From Haloferax volcanii DS2 (GTDB lineage Archaea; Halobacteriota; Halobacteria; Halobacteriales; Haloferacaceae): 32,000 bases of DNA. The notes beneath the pieces are model-generated. The model was not told where the DNA came from. It worked only from the letters and a program-made list of their open reading frames with translations, and made no database searches. The position numbers and the translations under genes are program-made. The first letter of the stretch is position 1. Each line of letters begins with the position of its first letter. The stretch spans positions 1,110,001 through 1,142,000 of the forward strand of contig NC_013967.1 in the NCBI RefSeq assembly GCF_000025685.1, in the 5' to 3' direction. Shown here piece after piece: positions 7,313 to 16,062 of the stretch.

Positions 7313-8905
7313 ATGGTCGTGACGGACGACTCCTCTCCCTCTTCGTTCGTGCAGTACGGTATCGACGACAAACCGCCTCTTCCGACCGCTCTCCTTCTCG
7401 GCGCCCAACACTACCTCACCATGGTGGGCGCGAACATCGCCGTTCCCCTCATCCTCGCCGGAGCCCTCGGCATGCCCGCCGACGTGATTCCGCGGTTCGT
7501 CGGGACGTTCTTCGTCGTCTCCGGCATCGCGACGCTGATGCAGACGACGTTCGGGAACCGCTACCCCATCGTGCAGGGCGCGCCCTTCTCGATGCTCGCG
7601 CCGGCGCTCGCCGTCATCGGCGTGGCGACGGCGGCCGACCAGTCGGGCGTCGCGTGGCAGAGCGCGCTCTTGCAACTCCAGGGCGCGATTATCGTCGCGG
7701 CCGTCGTCGAGGTGTTCGTCGGCTACTTCGGCCTGCTCGGACGCCTCCGGAAGTTCATCTCGCCGGTCGTCATCGCGCCGACCATCGCGCTCATCGGGCT
7801 GTCGTTGTTCAACGCCCCGCAGGTCGCGTCCGCCACGAACAACTGGTGGCTCCTCGGCCTGACGCTCGCGCTCATCGTCCTGTTCTCGCAGTATCTCGAC
7901 ACCGCGCACCCGGCGTTCAAGCTGTTCCCGGTGCTGCTCGGCGTCATCGTCTCGTACGTCGTCGCCGCCGGCCTCTCGGTCGCGGGCGTCATCGCGCCCG
8001 GCGCGGCGGGTTACGTGAACCTCCAGACGGTCATCGAGGCCCCGGCGCTCATGCCCATCTACCCGCTTCAGTGGGGCTTCGCGGGCGGCGCGGGGACGAC
8101 GACCGTCTCGCTCCCCGTCGTGGGGTCGGTCGCCTTCGGCATCCCGCAGTTCACGACCTCCTTTATCATCGGGATGCTCGCCGGCGTCGCGGCCTCGATG
8201 GTCGAATCGTTCGGTGACTACCACGCCGTCGCCCGGCTCTCGGGCGTCGGCGCGCCCTCCGAGCGCCGCATCAATCACGGCATCGGCATGGAGGGCGCGA
8301 TGAACGTCTTCTCGGCCGTCATGGGCGGCAGCGGCTCGACCTCCTACTCCGAGAACATCGGCGCAATCGGCCTGACGGGCGTGGCCTCCCGCTACGTCGT
8401 GCAGGTCGGGGCGGTCGTGATGCTCGTCATGGGCTTCGTCGGCTACTTCGGCCAGCTTATCGCGACGATTCCCGACCCCATCGTCGGCGGCCTCTACGTC
8501 GCCATGTTCGGCCAAATCGTCGCCGTCGGCCTCTCGAACCTGAAGTACGTCGACCTCGACTCCTCCCGGAACGTGTTCATCGTCGGCGTCACCATGTTCG
8601 CCGGTCTCGCCGTCCCCGCCTACATGGGGAACGTCGGAAGCGCGGCGGCGTTCCGCGAGGGGATGCGACAGGTCGCGCTCGTCGGCCCCGTCCTCGGGAC
8701 CCAACTCGTCGCCGACACCGTCTTCGTCATCGGTTCGACCGGCATGGCAGTCGGCGGCCTCATCGCCTTCTTCTTCGACAACACCATCGCGGGGACCCGC
8801 GCCGAACGCGGCCTCGAAGAGTGGGAAGACACCGTCGAAGACGACGACGATTTCGAGTCGGCGCTGGACCGCTTCCGCGGCGACGAGTCCGCGACGGCCG
8901 ACTGA
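7313..8905 (+). CDS. Nucleobase:cation symporter-2 (NCS2/NAT, xanthine/uracil permease family)
   Basis: 530 aa with more than 12 TM segments. QHYLTMVGANIAVPLIL is typical of the family. The NAT signature-like motif SENIGAIGLTGVASR is present. Confidence 0.85.
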   Translation: MVVTDDSSPSSFVQYGIDDKPPLPTALLLGAQHYLTMVGANIAVPLILAGALGMPADVIPRFVGTFFVVSGIATLMQTTFGNRYPIVQGAPFSMLAPALAVIGVATAADQSGVAWQSALLQLQGAIIVAAVVEVFVGYFGLLGRLRKFISPVVIAPTIALIGLSLFNAPQVASATNNWWLLGLTLALIVLFSQYLDTAHPAFKLFPVLLGVIVSYVVAAGLSVAGVIAPGAAGYVNLQTVIEAPALMPIYPLQWGFAGGAGTTTVSLPVVGSVAFGIPQFTTSFIIGMLAGVAASMVESFGDYHAVARLSGVGAPSERRINHGIGMEGAMNVFSAVMGGSGSTSYSENIGAIGLTGVASRYVVQVGAVVMLVMGFVGYFGQLIATIPDPIVGGLYVAMFGQIVAVGLSNLKYVDLDSSRNVFIVGVTMFAGLAVPAYMGNVGSAAAFREGMRQVALVGPVLGTQLVADTVFVIGSTGMAVGGLIAFFFDNTIAGTRAERGLEEWEDTVEDDDDFESALDRFRGDESATAD

Positions 8906-8920
8906 CCCGGACGACGAGTA

Positions 8921-8925
8921 TTTTT
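8921..8925 (+). terminator. Oligo-T run (TTTTT) 16 nt downstream of the permease stop
   Basis: The sequence reads tgaCCCGGACGACGAGTATTTTTCGG. Confidence 0.4.
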
Positions 8926-8977
8926 CGGCCTGCCTAAAAATCGACGCGCTTTTCTACTATTAGGCGTACCTAAAACC

Positions 8978-11443
8978 ATGGAATACAGCAGACGACGTCT
9001 CTTGCAGACGACGGGGCTCGCAGTCGCGGCCGCGGGGCTCGCGGGCTGCAACGGCCGATCGAGCGATGAGACGACCACCGCCGCCGAGACCGATTCGGAG
9101 ACGGAGACCGCGGCCGAAACGACCACCGAGGACGCCGAGTCGTCGGTGAGCGTCGACGCCGCCGTCGCCGTCGCGGCCGAGTGGAACGCGATGCGCGCCC
9201 GCCTCTACGACACCGTCGCGCTGGCCGCCGCGGGGCGACTGGGTACCGCCGCCCGCGTCACCGGCGACGTGTTCGCCCGCTTCGAGCAGTCTTCGGGCGA
9301 GTGGGGCGCACACGAGCAGTTGGAGGCGACGAACGAACAGAACTACGAGACGTTCGAATCGCACCTCGGCGGCGCGAGAGAGGCGTACGCCGCCGGCGAC
9401 GCCGAGCGCGGGTCGGACCTCGCCGTGCAGGCGGCCGACAACCTGCTTGCGGCCCAGCGCGGCCGCGTCGACGCCGCCGTGGTCGACGCGCTGGAGGTCC
9501 TGCTGTTCGGCGCTCGCGCCCGCGACGCCGGCCTGCTCGCCGCGGCCGGCGAGGTCGACGCCGCGGCCGAACTGGCGAACGCGGTGTACGAGGACTTCGA
9601 GGACGCGCCCGCCCACTCGTCGCTGGAGTCCGCCTCGGGCGAACTGTACGAGACGTTCGAGGCGGCCGTCGAGGGCGCGGCCGACGCTGGCGACGCCGAG
9701 ACCATCGCCGCCTCGGCCCGGACCGCCGCCGACGCGACGGTCGACGCGAGCTACGAACTCGCTCCCGAGGCGGTCGCGGGCGCGAGTCACCTCGCGCTCA
9801 TGCAGGCGGTCGGCTTCGACGCCGAGGTGCTCGCCGGGCTCGGCGGTCCCGGCGACGAGTTCGCCCACGCGGCCGCGCTGTCGCTCTACCGCGCCCGCGC
9901 CGCCGACGTGCCACGGCTGGTCGCCGCGGGCGAGGCCGACTTCGCCGCGACGGTCGCGAGCGACGTGTTCGCCCACTTCGAAGGCGCGCGAGCGCACGAG
10001 GCGTTAGAGGAGGCCGACCACGACGCCTACGAGGGCTTCGAGGGCGGGCTGGAATCGCTGACCGAGGCCGCCGAATCGGGCGACGGTGCGGCGGCCGAGG
10101 AGGCGGTGGCGACGGTGGACGAGAACCTGCTCGCGGGAATCTCGGCGCTCGTCGGCGGCGAGGCCGCGACGGTGCTCGAAGCGGCGTTCTTCCGCGCCCG
10201 CCTCGGCGACGCCCGCGAGCTGGTCGCCGTCGGCGAGACGGACCGCGCCGCCGCCGTCGGTGAATCCCTCTTCGCCCGGTTCGAAGAGAACGAGGCGAAC
10301 CTCCACGAGTCCGTCGAAGAGGAGTCCGAAGAGCTCTATCACCGCTTCGAAGAGGAGCATCTCGCCGGCCTCGTCGAGGACGCGGCCGCCGGCAACGCCG
10401 ACGCCGCCGCGGCCCACGCCGAGGGCGCGATGGACGCGCTGTTCGAGTTCGAGGCGGCCGTCGGCGCGACCGCCGAAGTGTCGGCCGCGGAGGCCGCGTT
10501 CTTCGGTGCCCGCGGATTCGACGCCGCCGCGCTCGCGCAGGTCGGCGCGTCGGCCCGCGCCGGCTCGGTCGTCCAGTCCACCTTCGCCTTCTTCGAGAGC
10601 GGCGCGGGCGGCTATCACGAGACCTTGGAAGAGGCCGACCACGACCTCTACGAGTCGTTCGAGGGCGCGCTCGGCTCAGTCCGAACCGCGGCCGAGGAGG
10701 GCGGCGACGCCTACGGCGCGGCCAAGACCTACGGTCAGAAGGCGGTCGATTCGATGTACGCCGTCGTCGCCACCGCGGCCGCGGACGCCGGCCTCGGAGC
10801 CGCCGCCTCGGAGCGCATGACCGGCGTCTTCCAGACGTTCGAGGAGGCCCGCGTCCACGAGGCCTTAGAGGGGGCCGACCGCGACGCCTACGAGAGCTTC
10901 GAGGCGGCGCTGTCCGACTACGTCGACGCGTTAGCGGACGGAAGCGAAGTCGACGCCGCCGCAGAAGCGTACGCGACGGCGACCGCCCGCGCCCAGTTCG
11001 CCGTCGTCGGTGAAGTCGGCAAGGCCCCCGAGGCGGGCAGCTCCGAAGACGGCGGCTCCGCCGACGCGGCGCTGTCCGGCGGGCCGAACGTCGTCGAGGG
11101 CGTCCCCGAGGACGCCGACCACGTCGTAGAGATGTCCGCCGTCGCGTTCGAGCCGGCGGAACTGACGGTATCGGCCGGTGACACCGTCGCGTTCGAGCAC
11201 GTCGGCGGCGAGGCCCACTCGGTCACGGCCTACGGCGACGAACTCCCCGAGGGAGCGGCGTACTGGGCCTCAGGCGGCTTCGAGTCCCGAGAAGCGGCCG
11301 AGACCGGCTGGAGCGAAGGGAAGGGCGCGGTCCAGTCTGGCCAGTCCTACGTCCACACCTTCGAGACGGCCGGCGAGCACGCGTACTACTGCGTGCCTCA
11401 CGAGGCCGCGGGCATGACGGGTACTATCGTCGTCGAGGAGTAG
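8978..11443 (+). CDS. Tat-exported lipoprotein: six ~100-aa acidic helical repeats plus a C-terminal type-1 copper (halocyanin/plastocyanin-like) domain
   Basis: Twin-arginine plus lipobox signal (MEYSRRRLLQTTGLAVAAAGLAGC), then a Thr/Glu-rich linker. Six repeats each carry F-x-x-F-E...H-E-x-L-E...Y-E-x-F-E, with the conserved His at aa 112, 213, 340, 443, 547 and 627. The C-terminal cupredoxin has the ligand pattern H747...C805-x2-H808-x4-M813 (EAHSVTAY...YYCVPHEAAGMTG). Confidence 0.85.
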   Translation: MEYSRRRLLQTTGLAVAAAGLAGCNGRSSDETTTAAETDSETETAAETTTEDAESSVSVDAAVAVAAEWNAMRARLYDTVALAAAGRLGTAARVTGDVFARFEQSSGEWGAHEQLEATNEQNYETFESHLGGAREAYAAGDAERGSDLAVQAADNLLAAQRGRVDAAVVDALEVLLFGARARDAGLLAAAGEVDAAAELANAVYEDFEDAPAHSSLESASGELYETFEAAVEGAADAGDAETIAASARTAADATVDASYELAPEAVAGASHLALMQAVGFDAEVLAGLGGPGDEFAHAAALSLYRARAADVPRLVAAGEADFAATVASDVFAHFEGARAHEALEEADHDAYEGFEGGLESLTEAAESGDGAAAEEAVATVDENLLAGISALVGGEAATVLEAAFFRARLGDARELVAVGETDRAAAVGESLFARFEENEANLHESVEEESEELYHRFEEEHLAGLVEDAAAGNADAAAAHAEGAMDALFEFEAAVGATAEVSAAEAAFFGARGFDAAALAQVGASARAGSVVQSTFAFFESGAGGYHETLEEADHDLYESFEGALGSVRTAAEEGGDAYGAAKTYGQKAVDSMYAVVATAAADAGLGAAASERMTGVFQTFEEARVHEALEGADRDAYESFEAALSDYVDALADGSEVDAAAEAYATATARAQFAVVGEVGKAPEAGSSEDGGSADAALSGGPNVVEGVPEDADHVVEMSAVAFEPAELTVSAGDTVAFEHVGGEAHSVTAYGDELPEGAAYWASGGFESREAAETGWSEGKGAVQSGQSYVHTFETAGEHAYYCVPHEAAGMTGTIVVEE

Positions 11444-11445
11444 AG

Positions 11446-11583
11446 TCAACTCCCGTCGCGCCCGGTCCGCCCGAGCGCGACGAGCACGAGGTAGCCGACG
11501 AACCCGGCGGCGAACAGCAGGACCGGAATCGCGAAGGGGCCGAACGTCTCGATGAGCCCGTCTACGGGACCGAGTTGGAGCAT
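11446..11583 (-). CDS. Candidate 45-aa single-TM micro-protein (below the ORF-track size cut-off)
   Basis: Hand translation gives MLQLGPVDGLIETFGPFAIPVLLFAAGFVGYLVLVALGRTGRDGS. It has an ATG start, one clear TM helix and GC-rich third positions. It lies 80 nt downstream of, and on the same strand as, the MscS gene. There is no family evidence. Confidence 0.35.
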   Translation of the reverse strand: MLQLGPVDGLIETFGPFAIPVLLFAAGFVGYLVLVALGRTGRDGS

Positions 11584-11663
11584 ATCCGAGCCACGGCCGC
11601 ATCGCGGTTAACGTTCCCGGCGAGAGTCGCCCCGGAGTGTCCACGGCGGGGTACTCCGGGCGC

Positions 11664-12844
11664 TCACTCGTCGTAGGCGCTGTCGTCTTCGTCCGCGTCC
11701 GCGACATCGCCGGCCGTCTCTCGGGCGCGCGTCGGCTGCCGCACGCCACTGTTCGAGAGCCCGGCCGCGGGCGACTGCCGGGTCGCCTCGGCGTCCGCCG
11801 AGTGGACGTGCACGTCCCGCTGGGGGAACGGGATGCCGATGCCCGCGTCGTTCAGGCGCTTGTATATCTCGCGGTTGAGGTTGTGCGTCGCCTTCCCGCG
11901 CTTGAGCGGACTGTTGACCCAGCAGACGAGTTCGTACTCCAGCGCGTCGGCACCGAACCGGCGGAACCGCGGCCGGGGTCGGGGGCTGTCGAGGACCAGC
12001 GGTTCGTCGAGGGCGATGTCGGTCAGGAGTTCCTCGAACGCGTCCACGTCGGTACCGTAGGTGACGCCGACCGGGACTTTCAGCCGGCGGCAGCGGTTCG
12101 GCGCGGACTCGTTGATGATTTTGGCGGCGTTGAGCACCGAGTTCGGCACCGTCACGAGCAGTTCGTCGCGGGTGAGAAGCGTGGTCGAGCGGATGCCGAC
12201 CTTGACGACCGTGCCGGCCTCGCCGGAGTCGAGGACGACGTAGTCACCGATTTTGTAGGTGTCGTCGAAGTACAGCGCGATGCCGCCGAAGAAGTTGGCG
12301 ACGGTGTCCTTGGCGGCGAAGCCGACGGCGATGCCGGCGATACCCGCGCCGGCGAAAAGCGGCGTGATTTCGATGCCCCAGATGTACAGGAGCGCGCCGA
12401 TAGTGCCGACCGAGACGACGATGGTCCAGACGTTCGAGAAGACGGGCGCGAAGTCGTAGCGACTGCCCTTGTCCTTGACCGCGTCGACGAGGCGGTTGAC
12501 GAGGCGGTTGAGGCCCACGCCCAGACGACGATGCCGACCGACAGCGACGGTAGGCCGAAGGAGTCGTTGAGCGTCGCCGCGTCGACGACGAACGCCTCCG
12601 CGACCGCCGGGGCTCTGGAAAACAGGAAGACGCCCGTCAGCGAGACGGTGACGACGATGGGCCACCGAAGCTCTTGGACGACGATGTTGTCGAGGGAGGT
12701 CTCGGTTCGGCTGGTGTATCGAAACAGGAGGCGGATGACCACCGTCTCCATGACGAACGCGCCGCCGACCGAGATGAGTAAGACGAGGGCCGTCACCTCA
12801 AGCGCCGACAGACCCGAGAGGAACGACGAGAGGTGTTGGCTCAT
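11664..12844 (-). pseudogene. MscS-family mechanosensitive channel interrupted by a -1 nt frameshift near 12512-12525
   Basis: The N-terminal TM part (MSQHLSSFLSGLSALEVTALVLLISVGGAFV...LSVGIVVWAWA) lies in one frame (start 12844). The rest lies in another frame and includes the pore helix and beta domain (LNRLVNRLVDAVKDKG...GIAGIAVGFAAKDTVANFFGGIALYFDDTYKIGDYVVL...GTVVKVGIRSTTLLTRDELLVTVPNSVL). The total span is 1181 nt, which is not a multiple of 3. One extra G/C in the run at 12514-12516 would restore ...WAWGLNRLV.... Confidence 0.75.
12488..12511. repeat. Perfect 12-bp tandem duplication (CGAGGCGGTTGA x2) inside the MscS gene, next to the frameshift
   Basis: Bases 12488-12499 and 12500-12511 are identical. 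On the minus strand they encode NRLV-NRLV. Confidence 0.9.
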
Positions 12845-12940
12845 GCCGCGAAAGTCGCGGCCACCGGAGATAACGATTGCTCCGCTGACGGTCGCGGAGG
12901 CCGAAAGGTTTTGTTCGCCGCGGGCGCGAGGGCACACCAG

Positions 12941-13435
12941 ATGTACCGATTCGGTCACTGGGGCGTCTCGCTCCTCGTGTTCGCTCCGCTCGGCTTCGCG
13001 CTCGTGCAGGCCGGCCGCCCCGAACTCGCCTTCGTCGCCGGCGCGGCGATGTGCTGGCTGGCGATGCTCCCCGACTACGACATGCGCGTCCCCGGCATCT
13101 CCCACCGCGGGCCGACCCACACCGTCCTCTTCGCCGCCCTCGTCGGCGGCGTCGGCGGCGGCGGGGCGTACCTCCTCGCCAGCAACGCGGGCCAACCCGA
13201 GGCCGCGGCGACGACCCTCGGCGCGTTCGGCTTCGCCGTGGGCGCGCTCACCGTCCTCGCGCACCTCGCGGCCGACGTGCTGACGCCCGCCGGCATCCGC
13301 CCCCTGTGGCCGCTTTCGTCCCGGAAGTTCACGCTCTCGCTGTGGACCGCGGACAACACCGTCGCCAACTACGGCCTGTTCGCCGTCGGCGTGTTCGCCG
13401 TGGCGGCGGCGGCGTACCTCTCGGTCGCGCTCTGA
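12941..13435 (+). CDS. Membrane-bound metal-dependent hydrolase, YdjM/DUF457-like
   Basis: 164 aa from ATG 12941 (MYRFGHWGVSLLVFAPLGF...). It has several TM segments and His motifs typical of DUF457 (SHRGPTHTVLFA, LAHLAADVLTPAGI). The longer track ORF from 12833 overlaps the divergent MscS start and has poor coding character. Confidence 0.65.
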   Translation: MYRFGHWGVSLLVFAPLGFALVQAGRPELAFVAGAAMCWLAMLPDYDMRVPGISHRGPTHTVLFAALVGGVGGGGAYLLASNAGQPEAAATTLGAFGFAVGALTVLAHLAADVLTPAGIRPLWPLSSRKFTLSLWTADNTVANYGLFAVGVFAVAAAAYLSVAL

Positions 13436-13533
13436 ACGCCCTGAAACTCGGAGTCGAACACCCCGGACTCGGGACGGCGAGCGCCCCTCGGATATGAGGA
13501 ATCGTTAAGGTCTGTCCGGGAGACCGGAGACGC

Positions 13534-14115
13534 ATGGACGACGACGCCATGCGCCGCTTTCCGGTGCCCGACCGCGACGACCTCCCGGACGACCTGCGCG
13601 AGCGCATCGACGACGAGACCGAGCGCGCCGGCTTCACGCCGAACGTCTTCGCCGCGTTCGCGTACAAACCCTCGCACTTCCGGCCCTTCTTCGAGTACCA
13701 CGACGCGCTCGTCGAGGACACCGACCTCGAACGCCACGAGGTGGAGATGATTATCGTGGCCGTCTCCGGCGTCAACCACTGTTACTACTGCAACGTCGCC
13801 CACGGCGCGCTGGTCCGCATCTACGCGAAAGACCCGCTGCTCGCGGACCAACTGGTCGCCAACTACCGCACCGCCGACATCCCCGAGAAACACAAGACGA
13901 TGCTCGACGTGGCGGTCAAACTCACCGAGTCGCCCGTCGAGGTCGGCGGAGACGACCTCCAGCGACTCCGCGACGCCGGCTTCTCCGAGGAGGCGATATG
14001 GGACATCGGCGCGGTTACCGCCTTCTTCAACCTCAGCAATCGCATGGCGATGTTCGCCGATATGCGGCCGAACGAGGAGTTTCACACTCTCGGCCGAGAG
14101 CCGCGCGACGACTGA
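13534..14115 (+). CDS. AhpD-like / carboxymuconolactone decarboxylase family peroxidase-related protein
   Basis: 193 aa with the CMD-family CxxC-x2-H motif (VNHCYYCNVAHGAL) and a conserved C-terminal segment (IWDIGAVTAFFNLSNRMA). Confidence 0.8.
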   Translation: MDDDAMRRFPVPDRDDLPDDLRERIDDETERAGFTPNVFAAFAYKPSHFRPFFEYHDALVEDTDLERHEVEMIIVAVSGVNHCYYCNVAHGALVRIYAKDPLLADQLVANYRTADIPEKHKTMLDVAVKLTESPVEVGGDDLQRLRDAGFSEEAIWDIGAVTAFFNLSNRMAMFADMRPNEEFHTLGREPRDD

Positions 14116-14200
14116 CTCGAAGGTGAGTAAACGAGTATCACGGTCATTGATAGCAATCGGCGGAATCCTTATGCCGCCAACCGATGAGTTTCGACACGCA

Positions 14201-14395
14201 ATGGCGAAAGGTAAGGTTGCGTTCTTCAAGTCCTCCGGCGGCTACGGCTTCATCGAGACCGACGACCACGACGACGACGTGTTCTTCCACATGGAGGACA
14301 TCGAGGGTCCCGACCTCGAAGAGGGTCAGGAAGTGGAGTTCGACATCGAGGAGGCCGACAAAGGCCCGCGGGCGACGAACGTCACGCGGCTCTGA
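14201..14395 (+). CDS. csp: Cold-shock protein (CspA family, OB-fold)
   Basis: 64 aa from ATG 14201: MAKGKVAFFKSSGGYGFIETDDHDDDVFFHMEDI. RNP1-like (GYGFI) and RNP2-like (VFFH) motifs are present. The upstream part of the track ORF (14123-14200) has no family support. Confidence 0.9.
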   Translation: MAKGKVAFFKSSGGYGFIETDDHDDDVFFHMEDIEGPDLEEGQEVEFDIEEADKGPRATNVTRL

Positions 14396-14516
14396 GTCCG
14401 ACGCGTTCCGACCGACGGCGATTCGACAGCGAACCAGAGTTCCGCATTTTCAGGCCGCCAGCCGCGGCGCTCGCGGGTCGTGGCCGTCGGCCGTGGACGG
14501 TCGGCCGTCGCCCGCC

Positions 14517-16013
14517 TCAGAGCGTCCCCGCCCGGCCCATCCGCCGAATCTCGTCGGCCCGCGCCCGGATAGCTTCCCACTCCTCGTCGTCCTTGCGGTC
14601 GACGTGGGAGTACATGAGTCCCATCCGACCCGTCCCGCGGAGGCGTGCTTCGTTCTCCTTCAGGAAGTCCCAGTAGAGCGCGTTGAACGGGCAGGCGTTC
14701 TCGCCGGTCGTCTTCGACACCGCGTAGGGACACGACGAGCAGTAGTCGGACATCTTGTTGACGTAGTTGCCCGACGAGGCGTAGGGCTTCGACGAGAGCA
14801 CGTCGGTGGCGAACGACCCCATGGCGACCACGTTCGGCGTCGTCACCCAGTGGAAGGCGTCGACGAAGCCGAGATGGAACCAGCGGTCGAGTTCCGCCGG
14901 GTCGACGCCGTAGACCAGCGCGAAGTTCGAAAGCACCATCAGGCGCTCGATGTGGTGGGCGTAGCCGCGGTCGCGGACGTGGCCCACGGCCTCGGACAGA
15001 CAGTTCATATCGGTCTCGCCGGTCCAGTACGCCTCCGGGAGCGGTTCGGTCTGATCGAGTTGGTTCGCTTCGGCCAACTCGGGCATCGACCGCCGGTAGA
15101 CGTGCCGCACGAACTCCCGCCAGCCGAGGACCTGCCGCACGAACCCCTCGGCGCTGTTGAGCGGGGCGTCGCCCCGTTCGTAGGCTTCTTCGACGGCCTC
15201 GACCGCCTCGCGCGGGTGGAGCAGGCCGAGGTTGGTGGCCGCCGAGAGCAGGGAGTGACAGAGCGCCCACTCGCCGTCGACCATCGCGTCCTGATACGGG
15301 CCGAACTCGGGGAGGCGGACCTCGACGAAGTGCGACAGCGCCTGTCTCGCCGCCTCGCGCGTCACCGGCCAGACGAACGGCTCGGGCGACCCCCACGCGT
15401 CGGGGTAGCGCTCGCGGACGAGCTCGATGACCTCGCGCGTCGTCTCGTCCGGCTCGAACCGCGGTGCCTCGGGCGGCGTCCACCCCTCCGGCGGCGTCTC
15501 GCGGTTCTGGTCGTCGTAGTTCCACTCGCCGCCGACGGGGTCGTCGCCGTCCATCAGGACGCCCGTCTCCCGGCGGGCGTGGCGGTACCAGTGTTCCTGT
15601 CGGTAGCTGTCGGCGTCGCCGGCCCAGTCGTCGAAGTCGGCGGGCGTCGTGAGAAACAGGTCGTTCTCGACGAGCGTGAGCGACCCGCCGCGGGCGGAAA
15701 CGAGCCCTCGAAGCCGCTCGCCCGCGCCGTGGCTCGGGGGGTCCATCACGACGAGGTCGTCGCCGGGCGCGGCGTCGAAGTAGCGGTCGAGCCCTTCACC
15801 GAACGTCTCGGTTTGGAGGTACGTCACCTCGTAGCCGCGCTCGCGGAGGTCGTCGCGGAAGTGCCGCATCGCCGCAAAGACGAGCGCGAGCTTCTGGGGG
15901 TGGTACGGCAGTCGGTCGCCGAAGGCGTGCGCCTCGATCATCAGCACGCGGTCGTCGGACTGGAGCGGCGCGGCCGACGGGTCGAGTTGGTCGCCGAGGA
16001 CCCAGACGGTCAT
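14517..16013 (-). CDS. Cryptochrome/photolyase-family protein of the Fe-S cluster type (FeS-BCP / CryPro, (6-4) photolyase-like; COG3046)
   Basis: 498 aa with the N-terminus MTVWVLGDQL...VLMIEA..PYHPQKLALVFAAMRHF typical of photolyase-related COG3046 proteins. There are four cysteines in the expected Fe-S arrangement (MNCLSEAV ... DYCSSCPYAV...ENACPFNALYW). Confidence 0.85.
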   Translation of the reverse strand: MTVWVLGDQLDPSAAPLQSDDRVLMIEAHAFGDRLPYHPQKLALVFAAMRHFRDDLRERGYEVTYLQTETFGEGLDRYFDAAPGDDLVVMDPPSHGAGERLRGLVSARGGSLTLVENDLFLTTPADFDDWAGDADSYRQEHWYRHARRETGVLMDGDDPVGGEWNYDDQNRETPPEGWTPPEAPRFEPDETTREVIELVRERYPDAWGSPEPFVWPVTREAARQALSHFVEVRLPEFGPYQDAMVDGEWALCHSLLSAATNLGLLHPREAVEAVEEAYERGDAPLNSAEGFVRQVLGWREFVRHVYRRSMPELAEANQLDQTEPLPEAYWTGETDMNCLSEAVGHVRDRGYAHHIERLMVLSNFALVYGVDPAELDRWFHLGFVDAFHWVTTPNVVAMGSFATDVLSSKPYASSGNYVNKMSDYCSSCPYAVSKTTGENACPFNALYWDFLKENEARLRGTGRMGLMYSHVDRKDDEEWEAIRARADEIRRMGRAGTL

Positions 16014-16062
16014 AGGCGTCCCTTCGGCGGCGGAGAAAAGAGCGTGTCGGCCAGCCGAGGGG

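Noticed and set aside
6602-8704. 700-aa minus-strand ORF overlapping the nucleobase permease gene
   Set aside because: Its composition is dominated by Arg/Gly/Asp/Glu with no family signature. The plus-strand frame has the NCS2 motifs and a TM periodicity.
8960-10820. Several alternative-frame or antisense ORFs (8960..9997 -, 9181..10263 +, 10004..10642 -, 10086..10820 +) inside the 821-aa gene
   Set aside because: The products are Arg/Pro-rich nonsense. They are a consequence of the repetitive GC-rich GAG/GCC/GAC codon usage of the real frame.
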